Source: Pseudomonadota bacterium (GTDB lineage: Bacteria; Pseudomonadota; Alphaproteobacteria; GCA-2746255). Taken from it: 64,000 nt of DNA. Every line of letters starts with the position of its first letter. Positions within the stretch are counted from its first letter, which is position 1. The stretch is from assembly GCA_040752895.1 (NCBI GenBank), contig JBFMHN010000002.1:204368-268367 (forward strand), in the 5' to 3' direction. Shown piece after piece: positions 50,819-59,441 of this stretch. Both the position numbers and the translations under genes were made by a program. The notes beneath the pieces are model-generated. The model did no database searches and was not told the origin of the DNA. It saw nothing but the letters and a program-made list of their open reading frames with translations.

Positions 50819-51714
50819 AGGCGCTGGTGACAGGGGGGACCGGTTTTCTGGGGCGGCATCTCGTCCCCGATCTCGCGCGCCGCGGGTTCGACACCACCGT
50901 CGTCCATTCGAAAAACTGCGACCTGACGCGTCAGGAAAACCTCGCCCATATTCCCGACATCGCTTTCGACCGCATCTACCATCTGGCGGCCTGGACAAAG
51001 GCTGGCGATTTTGCCCTCCGTCACGCGGGCGAACAGTGGATCATCAACCAGCAAATCAACACCAACGCGCTTTGGTACTGGCGCGAACGCCAGCCCAGGG
51101 CGCTTTTCATCACCATGGGGACGAGCTGCGCCTACCCGCCCGAATTGCCGCTTTCCGAAGAAAACTACATGACGGGCGAGCCGGACCGGGATCTCTATAC
51201 CTACGCCATGACCAAACGCATGCTTCTTCAGGGGCTTCGCGCCTTCGACAAGCAGTTCGGCATGCGGTACCGGTATTTCATTCCCTCGACCCTGTTCGGG
51301 CCCGATTTCGACCACGCGGATTCGCACTTCATCTTCGATCTCATCAAGAAGATCGTCGCGGGCAAACGGAAGGGCGATCCGGTGGTGCTCTGGGGCGACG
51401 GGTCGCAGGTGCGCGAACTCATCTTCATCGATGACGCGATCCGCCTCATCCATATGGGGACGGACGCCATCGGCAACGACATCCTCAACCTTGGCAGCGG
51501 ACAGGCGCTCACCATCCGCGAATACGCCGAGATGATCTGCGCCATCGTCGGCTACGACCCCGCCAAGGTTCAGTACGACACCACGCGCTATACGGGGGTC
51601 GGCAAAAAAGTGTTTGACACCGCAAAGATTCGGGGCACGCTCGACTTTCAATTTACGCCGATCCGTGACGGTATCGCCAAGACTGTCGATTACTACTTGC
51701 GCTCGAGCGCCTAG
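50815..51714 (+). CDS. NAD(P)-dependent epimerase/reductase (GDP-fucose-synthase-like SDR)
   Basis: VTGGTGFLGRHL and YxxxK (YTYAMTKRMLL). About 300 aa, typical of 3,5-epimerase/4-reductases. Confidence 0.8.
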   Translation: MKALVTGGTGFLGRHLVPDLARRGFDTTVVHSKNCDLTRQENLAHIPDIAFDRIYHLAAWTKAGDFALRHAGEQWIINQQINTNALWYWRERQPRALFITMGTSCAYPPELPLSEENYMTGEPDRDLYTYAMTKRMLLQGLRAFDKQFGMRYRYFIPSTLFGPDFDHADSHFIFDLIKKIVAGKRKGDPVVLWGDGSQVRELIFIDDAIRLIHMGTDAIGNDILNLGSGQALTIREYAEMICAIVGYDPAKVQYDTTRYTGVGKKVFDTAKIRGTLDFQFTPIRDGIAKTVDYYLRSSA

Positions 51715-51737
51715 CCGTCCTTTACCGGAAACCCGCT

Positions 51738-52982
51738 ATGAATTGCCGCGTCTGCCATGGGTCGAACGTCGTTCCGGTTCTCGATCTTGGCGACCAGCCC
51801 CATTGCAATACGCTGATCCCGCCCTCGCGCGACGGCGAACCGGAACCCGTCTATCCTCTCCGCCTTTGCTTCTGCCGCGATTGCTCCACGGCGCAGATCG
51901 ACCACACGGTGCCGAAGGAAATCATGTTTTCCGATTATCCCTACGTGTCGGGGACGACCCGGACCCTTCGCGCCCATTTCGAGGACAGCGCCAACCGGCT
52001 GGTCAAGACTCTGGGGCTCGCGCCGGGCAGCCTCGTCGTCGATATCGGCAGCAACGACGGCACCTGGCTCAAATATTTCAAGGCCGCGGGCATGCGCCCG
52101 CTCGGGGTCGAGCCCGCCGGCAATCTCGTCGAACTTGCGCGGCGGGACGGCATCGACACGCTGCACCGTTTTTTCAACGCCGAGACGGCGCGCGGCATCC
52201 TGCGCGATGCCGGCGCGCCCGCGCTGGTCACCGCTGCGGGGGTGTTCTTCCACCTTGAAGAACTGCATAGCGCCACCGAGGGCGTCGCCCTTATGTGCGA
52301 GGCCGGTGCCGTGTTCTGCGTGCAGGCAATCTATCTCGGCGAGATGATCGCCAAGAACCATTTCGACAACATCTATCACGAGCACCTGACCTATTGGTCG
52401 CTGACCTCGATTTCCCGGCTTTTCGACAGGCACGGGCTTGAGACCTTCGAGGCGTCCTTAGTGCCGATCCACGGCGGCACCATGGAGCTTCTCGTCGCCA
52501 AAAAAGGCGCGCGCCCGATCGGACCGTCGGTCGCGGCCATGCGCGCCGACGAGGCGCGCCGCGGTTTCGCCTCGATCGAAACCTACGAGGCTTTCGCGCG
52601 CCGGGTCTCCGTCATCCGCGACCAGTTGCTGAATATTCTTCGCCGGTTCCGGGACGAAGGGAAAACCGTGCATGCCTTGGGCGCGCCGGCCAAGGGGTCG
52701 ACGCTGCTGAATTCGTTCGGCATTACGACCGATCTCGTCTCCCTCGCCACGGAACGCAACCCGCTCAAGTTCGGCAAACTCATGCCCGGCAGCCATATCC
52801 CGATCGCCGACGAAGACGCGACGCCGCCGCCCGACGCCTATCTCGTGCTGCCATGGAATTTTCTCGACGAATTTCTCGTCAAGAAACGTGCGTACATCCT
52901 GGGCGGCGGCGCCTTCATTGTGCCGTTGCCCGAGCCGCACGTGATCGACAAATCCAATTACGCGCAATACGCGCGCGGATGA
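51738..52982 (+). CDS. NDP-sugar C-methyltransferase family protein (Zn-ribbon + class I MT + C-terminal domain)
   Basis: N-terminal Cys4 ribbon (CRVCHGSN...CFCRDCSTAQ), then YPYVSGTTRTLRAHFE and VVDIGSNDGTWL. This is the architecture of TylCIII-type sugar C-methyltransferases. Confidence 0.75.
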   Translation: MNCRVCHGSNVVPVLDLGDQPHCNTLIPPSRDGEPEPVYPLRLCFCRDCSTAQIDHTVPKEIMFSDYPYVSGTTRTLRAHFEDSANRLVKTLGLAPGSLVVDIGSNDGTWLKYFKAAGMRPLGVEPAGNLVELARRDGIDTLHRFFNAETARGILRDAGAPALVTAAGVFFHLEELHSATEGVALMCEAGAVFCVQAIYLGEMIAKNHFDNIYHEHLTYWSLTSISRLFDRHGLETFEASLVPIHGGTMELLVAKKGARPIGPSVAAMRADEARRGFASIETYEAFARRVSVIRDQLLNILRRFRDEGKTVHALGAPAKGSTLLNSFGITTDLVSLATERNPLKFGKLMPGSHIPIADEDATPPPDAYLVLPWNFLDEFLVKKRAYILGGGAFIVPLPEPHVIDKSNYAQYARG

Positions 52983-53001
52983 CCGGGCGGTACAAGACGC
53001 C

Positions 53002-54021
53002 ATGATCTTCACCTCCAGAACCCCCCTGCGCGTCAGCCTGTTCGGCGGCGGCACCGATTATCCCGAATATTTCCGCGACAACCCGGGCGCCGCCCTCGGC
53101 TTCACCATCGACAAATATATTTATATTTCCGCCCTGCCGCTGACGGCCATGGTGGATTACCGTTTCCGTCTGGGCTATTCGCGCATCGAAACGGTCGACC
53201 ATGTCCGCGACATCCGCCACCCCGTGGTGCGCACGGTTCTGGCCGACGAAGCCGCCGTTGAACCCACCGATTACGGCGTCCAGGCCGATCTGCCTGCCAG
53301 CGCCGGCCTCGGCAGTTCGTCGGCCTTCACCGTGGGGTTTCAGAATCTTGTCTGGCACATGGCCGGGCGGTGCTGCACGAAGATGGAGCTGGCGCGCCGC
53401 GCGATCCATGTCGAGCGCGAGATGTTGAAGGAACGCGTCGGCGTTCAGGACCAGCTGCACGCATCTTTCGGCGGGCTGAATCGCTTCGATTTCAGAGGCG
53501 ACGACATCGCGGTGAGGCCCATCGATCTGGCGCCCGATTCTCTCGATGCGTTGGGCCGGTGGTTCGTCCTCGTCTATACCGGTATCAAGCGCCATGCTTC
53601 CGAAGTTCTCGACGAGCAGATCAAGAATACGTCCGAGAAAAAGCGCGACGGCGAGCTTGCCGCCATGCGCGACATCGTCGATGCGGCGGAGGCGGTCATC
53701 CGCGGCGCCCGCGATCCCCATGACATCGCGCCCGCCCTGGCCCCGCTCTTGGCGGAATCCTGGCGCCTCAAGCGGTTGCTTTCGTCCAAGGTCTCGGGCT
53801 CCGAAATCGACGATCTCTACCACGCCTGCCTTGCGAAGGGCGGGCTGGCGGGCAAGCTTTGCGGCGCGGGCGGGGGCGGATTCCTTCTGATAATCGTGCC
53901 GCCGGAACGCAAGCCCGCCTTTATCGAGGCGATGGGCCGCCGGCGCTGCGTCGATATCGCCATCGACCGGGCGGGTTCGACAATCCTGCAGGCGGTCGCC
54001 CAAGGCGTTGGGAGTGAGTAG
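53002..54021 (+). CDS. GHMP-family sugar kinase (HddA-like D-glycero-D-manno-heptose 7-phosphate kinase, tentative)
   Basis: RTPLRVSLFGGGTDYPEYF...IDKYIYI...PASAGLGSSSAFTVG...GKLCGAGGGGFLL. Confidence 0.8.
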   Translation: MIFTSRTPLRVSLFGGGTDYPEYFRDNPGAALGFTIDKYIYISALPLTAMVDYRFRLGYSRIETVDHVRDIRHPVVRTVLADEAAVEPTDYGVQADLPASAGLGSSSAFTVGFQNLVWHMAGRCCTKMELARRAIHVEREMLKERVGVQDQLHASFGGLNRFDFRGDDIAVRPIDLAPDSLDALGRWFVLVYTGIKRHASEVLDEQIKNTSEKKRDGELAAMRDIVDAAEAVIRGARDPHDIAPALAPLLAESWRLKRLLSSKVSGSEIDDLYHACLAKGGLAGKLCGAGGGGFLLIIVPPERKPAFIEAMGRRRCVDIAIDRAGSTILQAVAQGVGSE

Positions 54022-54033
54022 CGTGGCCTGCTT

Positions 54034-54067
54034 CGCACGCAGAGAGATCGTGCGTCGCGTTTCGCGA
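54034..54067 (+). terminator. two tandem short hairpins followed by a T-rich tract after the kinase gene (weak terminator candidate)
   Basis: cgcacg-N9-cgtgcg (54034-54054) and tcgcg-ttt-cgcga (54055-54067), followed by atttgtgt...cgtttttt. It marks the switch into the AT-rich FkbM gene. Confidence 0.3.
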
Positions 54068-54113
54068 ATTTGTGTACAGCTACGTTTTTTGAGAATTCCT
54101 CTGGGCAGGATCG

Positions 54114-54992
54114 GTGCTTGCTGAAAAATCGAGGATGGGTATGTTCAGGAAAATATTTAAGAAATATAAAGAAAAGGGGCCGATTGGCGTTTACGATTCA
54201 GTGCGTTTTCGCATAGATAGGAAAATATTTAAGCCCTACAAAAAATATATAAATATCAAAGAAAATATATTTGTTCTGAACATAGAAGATTTCGAGGCGC
54301 ATACTTGGTTCGGGAAATATCGGTATAACTGGATCGTCTGGCCGGAGCAGGAGTTCGATTGGATCGCAGACAACCTATCGGTCAAAGATGTGGTGCTGGA
54401 TATTGGCGCCCACCAGGGAATATGGAGCATGCTTTTCGCTAAATGCGCTCGCGAAGGAGAAGTGCATGCCTTCGAAACGTCAAGATTTAACTCCAACGTA
54501 GCGCGTAAGAACCTGCGTGATAATCACATCACGAACGTCGTTTTCAATAATATGTGCATTGGAAACGAAATCGGATTCGCCACCGTTAGCGATGACTCGG
54601 GTGGCGTTGCCAGCCTCCTGTCATCGGGTGCCGCACCCGCACAACGAATTACGGTGCCGATGATAACCGGTGACGAATACGCCAGAACGCACAACATCGC
54701 GCCGTCATTCGTTAAGATTGACGTTGAGGGTTTTGAAGTGGAAGCGCTGTCAGGCCTTCAGCAAGTCCTCTCTCGGCGCCCAAAACTTCTACTCGAACTG
54801 CACAATTTTAAATTTTCCGACAAGGAATCATATGTCAAAGCTTGCCTGTCCCTAGTCGATCTGACCCGCTACCGCGTAATGGCACAGACCGACCCGGGGA
54901 CCGAAATGCGAACCCTCGCGGGCCTCGGCGACCGAGAGATCGCGCTTATCGCGAGCGGCCAGAACCCCCATCTGTATTGCCGCCCGATCTAA
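54114..54992 (+). CDS. FkbM-family methyltransferase (visibly AT-rich gene)
   Basis: VLDIGAHQGIWSMLFA...GEVHAFE...FVKIDVEGFEVEAL. The likely start is the ATG at 54141 (GAGGA 5 nt upstream). Composition is clearly lower in G+C than the flanks. Confidence 0.85.
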   Translation: MLAEKSRMGMFRKIFKKYKEKGPIGVYDSVRFRIDRKIFKPYKKYINIKENIFVLNIEDFEAHTWFGKYRYNWIVWPEQEFDWIADNLSVKDVVLDIGAHQGIWSMLFAKCAREGEVHAFETSRFNSNVARKNLRDNHITNVVFNNMCIGNEIGFATVSDDSGGVASLLSSGAAPAQRITVPMITGDEYARTHNIAPSFVKIDVEGFEVEALSGLQQVLSRRPKLLLELHNFKFSDKESYVKACLSLVDLTRYRVMAQTDPGTEMRTLAGLGDREIALIASGQNPHLYCRPI

Positions 54993-55072
54993 GGTCATTT
55001 TCGCTGGCCCTAACCGCCGGGGTCGGAACGCTGCTGCGACAATTTGGTGTGGAGCTGGGCATTCGTCGCGGC

Positions 55073-55729
55073 TTATCCTCGGTACGCGCGCCGCCGAGCG
55101 CGCACCACGCAGCAGAACCCGGTCAAATCCCACCAGTCATAGAGAACAAGACGCCGGTTGCGTAGCGAGTGAATGACAATCAGCGCCGGCGACAGCAGGA
55201 TTCGCAGCCACATGCGCCGGTATCCCGCATGGTCGATGTCGAACCCTTGGGCGCGGGCGATCCCCGCAATTTCTTCCGGCGCGAAGGTGCGCACATGGGT
55301 CGGATCGTCGAAGAAATTCAACCCGAAACCGCGAAGCGGAAAGTACCGCGACTTTTCGCTCGGCCATTCCAGATAGAGATACCCGCCCGGCTTCACCTTG
55401 TCGCAAAGCCTCGCCACGAGGTGTCTTCCATCTTCGAGATGTTCCTGCGTGTGCGATGAGACGACATAGTCATAGGCCCTGTCGGGCGAGCCGGCGAGGT
55501 CGGACCGATTGAGATCGGTCCGGTGATAGACATCGAAGCCCGACGCGCGCGCATCGCCGATGTCGGCGATGTTGTAGCCCTCGAACCGGCAATCGGCGAA
55601 CAGCGCCTTGGCGATTCGCGCATCGTCCTTGCCCGCGCCGGCGTCAAGAATGCGGACGGCTTTCCCGAAAAAATCGTCCGGCAGCCACGCATAGCGCGGG
55701 TTGAGCCGGTGGCGGAGCCAAGCGGTCAT
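55073..55729 (-). CDS. class I SAM-dependent methyltransferase (paralogue of 44571..45263)
   Basis: ATG 55729 (MTAWLRHRLNPRYAW) overlaps the upstream stop (ATGA). Motifs ILDAGAGKD, YVVSSHTQEHL, KPGGYLYLE, FFDDPTH, ILLSPALI. Confidence 0.82.
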   Translation of the reverse strand: MTAWLRHRLNPRYAWLPDDFFGKAVRILDAGAGKDDARIAKALFADCRFEGYNIADIGDARASGFDVYHRTDLNRSDLAGSPDRAYDYVVSSHTQEHLEDGRHLVARLCDKVKPGGYLYLEWPSEKSRYFPLRGFGLNFFDDPTHVRTFAPEEIAGIARAQGFDIDHAGYRRMWLRILLSPALIVIHSLRNRRLVLYDWWDLTGFCCVVRARRRAYRG

Positions 55730-56940
55730 GGCGCTTCGTTCCGCAAACGCCGAATGGCGTCCCAAAATGCCCGGCCGCGGCTCGCCCAATCGAATTGCCC
55801 GGCACAGGCGGCGAACGCCCGGTTCTGCAGCGCGTTGAGCCGGGCCATGTCGTCGAGCGCCGCGAGGCAAACGGTCACGAGACCGGCCATGGTTTTTGCG
55901 GTCAGGATGCTTTCGCCGGGCCGCAGCGGCAGCCCCGCGACGCTGCCTTCCAGTGCCGCGACCGGCAGCCGGTTGAAGATATACGACAGCACCTTGTGTT
56001 TGAACCCGCCACCGGTCTGTTCCGGCACGATGCCAAGGCGCGCTTCGACGAGATAAGGCGGCAGCGTGTCGTAACGCCCGGTAACGCGAACCGTCGGGTA
56101 ACGCGTGCGCAACGTTTCGCCATAGCCATCGGGCATGTTGCCCAGAATTTCGATCTCCGCACCCGCTTCGTGAAAGCGCGCCGCCCCCGCTTCCAGAAAC
56201 GCTTCCAGGTTCATCCGTTTTGCGAACCAGCCGAAACTGCCGACCACGATCGCCCGTTTCGGCGCCTCGCCGCCGATGGTGCGATGGCCCAGCACCGGCC
56301 CATCGTAACCCGGGGTCAAGGGCAGATAGGTTTTCTCCGGATGGGTCCGGCGGAACAGCGCTTCGTCTTCGCGCGTATTCACGGTCACGAGGGCGCTGGC
56401 ATCGACCATTTTCCGTTCCAGTTCTGCGGCTTTCTTCGCCTCAAGCTTGAGGGCGAATTTCTTCAAGACCGATCCTTTGAAATGCCTGGCCACCTGCCCG
56501 CGCACGCTGGTTTCGTGGTTGTGCGAAAGGTAGATGAAATCCGGCGGCCTGTTCGTCCGTTCCGCGGTCCGGCAGAGGGGCGCCAGCGGCCACCCCGATC
56601 CGATGTGATCGAAAACCACCGCGTCAACGCCCGCCCCGACCGCGGCGCGCGCCGCCGCCAGATAGGCCCGCGACCGGAACCGGTGCGCGATGCTGGGAAG
56701 ATATCCGAAAATGCTTTGCCAGGCGGGTCGGTCGGGCAGCGGAAAAATACGCCAGTCGACGCCGTTCACTGTGGCGCTGTCCCGGGCATCGCCGCCATTC
56801 TCGAAACAAAGTCCCGTGACATGGGCCCCGGCACCGGCCAGCCCCTCCGCCAGTTTCGAGGAATAGATCGCGTCACCGCCGTAAAACGGCGGGTAGGGCA
56901 GGAACCGCGTCAGCCAGAGAACCTTCATGTCGAACGCCAT
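55726..56940 (-). CDS. glycosyltransferase (GT-B, family 4-like)
   Basis: 404 aa with an N-terminal GT4-type domain (VLWLTRFLPYPPFYGGD) and a C-terminal nucleotide-sugar-binding region (GIVPEQTGGGFKHKVLSYIFNRLPV). Confidence 0.8.
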   Translation of the reverse strand: MAFDMKVLWLTRFLPYPPFYGGDAIYSSKLAEGLAGAGAHVTGLCFENGGDARDSATVNGVDWRIFPLPDRPAWQSIFGYLPSIAHRFRSRAYLAAARAAVGAGVDAVVFDHIGSGWPLAPLCRTAERTNRPPDFIYLSHNHETSVRGQVARHFKGSVLKKFALKLEAKKAAELERKMVDASALVTVNTREDEALFRRTHPEKTYLPLTPGYDGPVLGHRTIGGEAPKRAIVVGSFGWFAKRMNLEAFLEAGAARFHEAGAEIEILGNMPDGYGETLRTRYPTVRVTGRYDTLPPYLVEARLGIVPEQTGGGFKHKVLSYIFNRLPVAALEGSVAGLPLRPGESILTAKTMAGLVTVCLAALDDMARLNALQNRAFAACAGQFDWASRGRAFWDAIRRLRNEAP

Positions 56941-58247
56941 CCCCCGCCCATGCGGTCGGAACCCGCGGCAACATCGGCTTCCTCGCGCGAGCTGTTCTCG
57001 GCCTCGTTTTCCGCGGCGTCGTGAACGCGCGCCTCAGCCCGTCGCGCCGCCAGAACGCCGGTCACCGCCGCGACCAGAAGAATGGGCGGCACCAGGGACG
57101 TGCCGAACAGCCCGAGCAGCAGCACGCCCATCAATATGGGCAGCCAGTATCCCGGCACCCAGAGAACGCGTAAAATCCACCCCGCGACCAGCAGACCGAA
57201 CGCGCCCAGTTCCGCGACGAGGTTCAGCAGCAAAACGTCGGACTTATAGAACGCCGTCTTATAGAGATCGAGGTAACGATCGAACTCGGCGCCATAGACA
57301 CCGAAATCGCGGAAATTTCCATAGCCCGTGCCGAGCGGGAAGGTGGCGCGGATGACATCCAAAGCTACGCCCGCCGAGGCCAATCGCATGTTGGTCGAGG
57401 GATCCATGCCTTGCCAGACGACGATAAGCCTGTCCCACTGGAGATAGGTCAGGCCGGCAAGCGCAAGCAGTACCCCGAAAACACCGACAGCCCACACCTC
57501 GATGGAACGCCGCTCGAACAGATGGGCCGCGCAAAAGACCAAGGCCAGCAGATATCCGGTGCCGGTATTGGTGAAGATCGCGGCGACGAGAAACGCCAGC
57601 AGCGCCATGGACCGCTGGCTCGGCAGGAGATAGTGGATGGCAAGATAGGTGCAGCCGATGGCGAACGCCGCCCAAGCCGGCTCCCGGCTGAGCCCCGCAG
57701 CGCGGAACCCGTAATACTCGCCGATCTCGGTCGGTCTCACCAGGTCCAGCGGATTGAGGTTCACGGAAAAAACAAACCAGGCCAGCGCTGCGACGATGAT
57801 GCACGCGCATTGCACGTAATGGATGACCAGAACCGATCCCATCAGCCGCCCGACGAGACGGTCGGTCGTTTCAAACAACTGCCGCGTCAGAAACAGGAAC
57901 ACGAGAAAAATCGCGAGCTGGCCATATCCCAGGATATAGGCGCGTCCGATAAACGCCTCCTGCACGAAGAGCCAAACCACCAGCAATGTGGAAAACGTGA
58001 CAATACCCCGAAACGCCGATCCGGGATCGCGGTTGGGGAGCAAGGCGAAGGCGAAGAGCAGCAAGAACCCGAAAAACGGCAGTATCAAAAGATGCGGGCT
58101 CGGAAGATTGACGGCGGCTTTCAGAAAATAACCCAACCCGTCGCCGAGAGCGATGAACAGGATCAAAAGCGTGAACGACACCGAGAAGATCGGTTCAGGC
58201 AACCCGTCGGTGCCGTTATGGGCGTCGTCGCTTGGAACGTTCGTCAT
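56925..58247 (-). CDS. Wzy-like O-antigen / EPS polymerase family membrane protein
   Basis: Starts MTNVPSDDAHNG (ATG 58247). More than 10 TMs with a large loop (...MDPSTNMRLASAGVALDVIRATFPLGTGYGNF...). No soluble domain. Flanked by a GT and a methyltransferase. Confidence 0.7.
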   Translation of the reverse strand: MTNVPSDDAHNGTDGLPEPIFSVSFTLLILFIALGDGLGYFLKAAVNLPSPHLLILPFFGFLLLFAFALLPNRDPGSAFRGIVTFSTLLVVWLFVQEAFIGRAYILGYGQLAIFLVFLFLTRQLFETTDRLVGRLMGSVLVIHYVQCACIIVAALAWFVFSVNLNPLDLVRPTEIGEYYGFRAAGLSREPAWAAFAIGCTYLAIHYLLPSQRSMALLAFLVAAIFTNTGTGYLLALVFCAAHLFERRSIEVWAVGVFGVLLALAGLTYLQWDRLIVVWQGMDPSTNMRLASAGVALDVIRATFPLGTGYGNFRDFGVYGAEFDRYLDLYKTAFYKSDVLLLNLVAELGAFGLLVAGWILRVLWVPGYWLPILMGVLLLGLFGTSLVPPILLVAAVTGVLAARRAEARVHDAAENEAENSSREEADVAAGSDRMGGGWRST

Positions 58248-58290
58248 GACTCGCTCCGCGTGAACCGGAAAGAAAGGATGCGCCGCAACC

Positions 58291-59169
58291 TCATGCCGGA
58301 ACGGCCGTCCAATGCCGCCGGAGCATAGCGATAAATGTCGGCGCCGCGAGGGGGGAAGCCGGATCGTCCGCGTCATTCCCGGGCACCGCGAAATAGGCGT
58401 TGGTCTCGGCGTTCAGCGCATGGGCGACGGTGAAGCCTGCTTCGCTTGCCGCAAAGATCGCATACCCCGCCGCGGCGAAGTAAGACCAGATCGGTCGCCA
58501 GTCGCGTCTGCTTCGCGTCAGATGACGCTGTTCGCATTCGAAGTAAATGAGCGGCCGCCATTTCTCGATCGTCGCGGCCGCACCGGAAAGAACGTCCATC
58601 TCGCCGCCCTCGACGTCGATCTTGAAGAACAGGGGCCGTCGGAGCGACACGTCGCCGCGCGCTATCGCCGCGTCCAGAGTGCACACCGTCGTTTCCTGGA
58701 CAACGGCGTTCCGGTTGCTCTCGCTCCCCGCCTCTTTCCGGTTCGAGACCCAGCCCAACGCCGTCACCGGATTGTTTCGGCCGTCGGTCGGTACGTTGAG
58801 ATAGGCCGTCTCCGTCCGCGCCCCGAGTGCGCAATTGAACAGCCGGACCACAGGTCGGCGTTCGAGATTGGCCTCCAAAAGCCGGAACGCCGCCGGGTTA
58901 GGCTCGAAGGCGTAAATCCGCGCGTCTTTTTTCGCGCGGGTCGCGAAAAACCAGCTGTAGCGGCCGATATTGGCGCCGGCGTCCACGACGCTCGAAGCCG
59001 TTCGGACAACGAAATCGAGGGCTTCTATCACCGGCTTCGGCTCCGGAACGCCGAAAAGTCCCGCCGCTCTCAGGGTGCGGTGATACAGCACGTGCAGCCC
59101 GACCTCCGCCCCCGGACCGAAGGCCGTCGCGACGGCTCCTCGGATGCGTGCGCGAAGAAATCCAAGCAT
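58291..59169 (-). CDS. FkbM-family methyltransferase
   Basis: Starts MLGFLRARIRG (ATG 59169). Motifs VVDAGANIGRYSWFFA...RIYAFEPNP...FFKIDVEGGEMDVL. Confidence 0.85.
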   Translation of the reverse strand: MLGFLRARIRGAVATAFGPGAEVGLHVLYHRTLRAAGLFGVPEPKPVIEALDFVVRTASSVVDAGANIGRYSWFFATRAKKDARIYAFEPNPAAFRLLEANLERRPVVRLFNCALGARTETAYLNVPTDGRNNPVTALGWVSNRKEAGSESNRNAVVQETTVCTLDAAIARGDVSLRRPLFFKIDVEGGEMDVLSGAAATIEKWRPLIYFECEQRHLTRSRRDWRPIWSYFAAAGYAIFAASEAGFTVAHALNAETNAYFAVPGNDADDPASPLAAPTFIAMLRRHWTAVPA

Positions 59170-59441
59170 GGTTTCGGCCCGTTTCCATTCGAATTGCCAC
59201 CTTAGACCGGCGCGTTCCTGTGTATACCCGCCTTTTCTTTCCTGTATATACTTGTCTTTAAGGCGAAGCCGGTAGACTGAAGGCGGGCCGGGGCGCGCAG
59301 AAAAATCCGTTTTACATTCAATCCCTTGCCCAATGGGCGGACCGGCATGGCATGCCGGCGGCGGGAGATGACCGGGTTTCCCTGCAAGCCATTCGAGCCG
59401 GAATGGGCGCCTAAGGCAAAACAAGGACGACAGAGGTTGAA

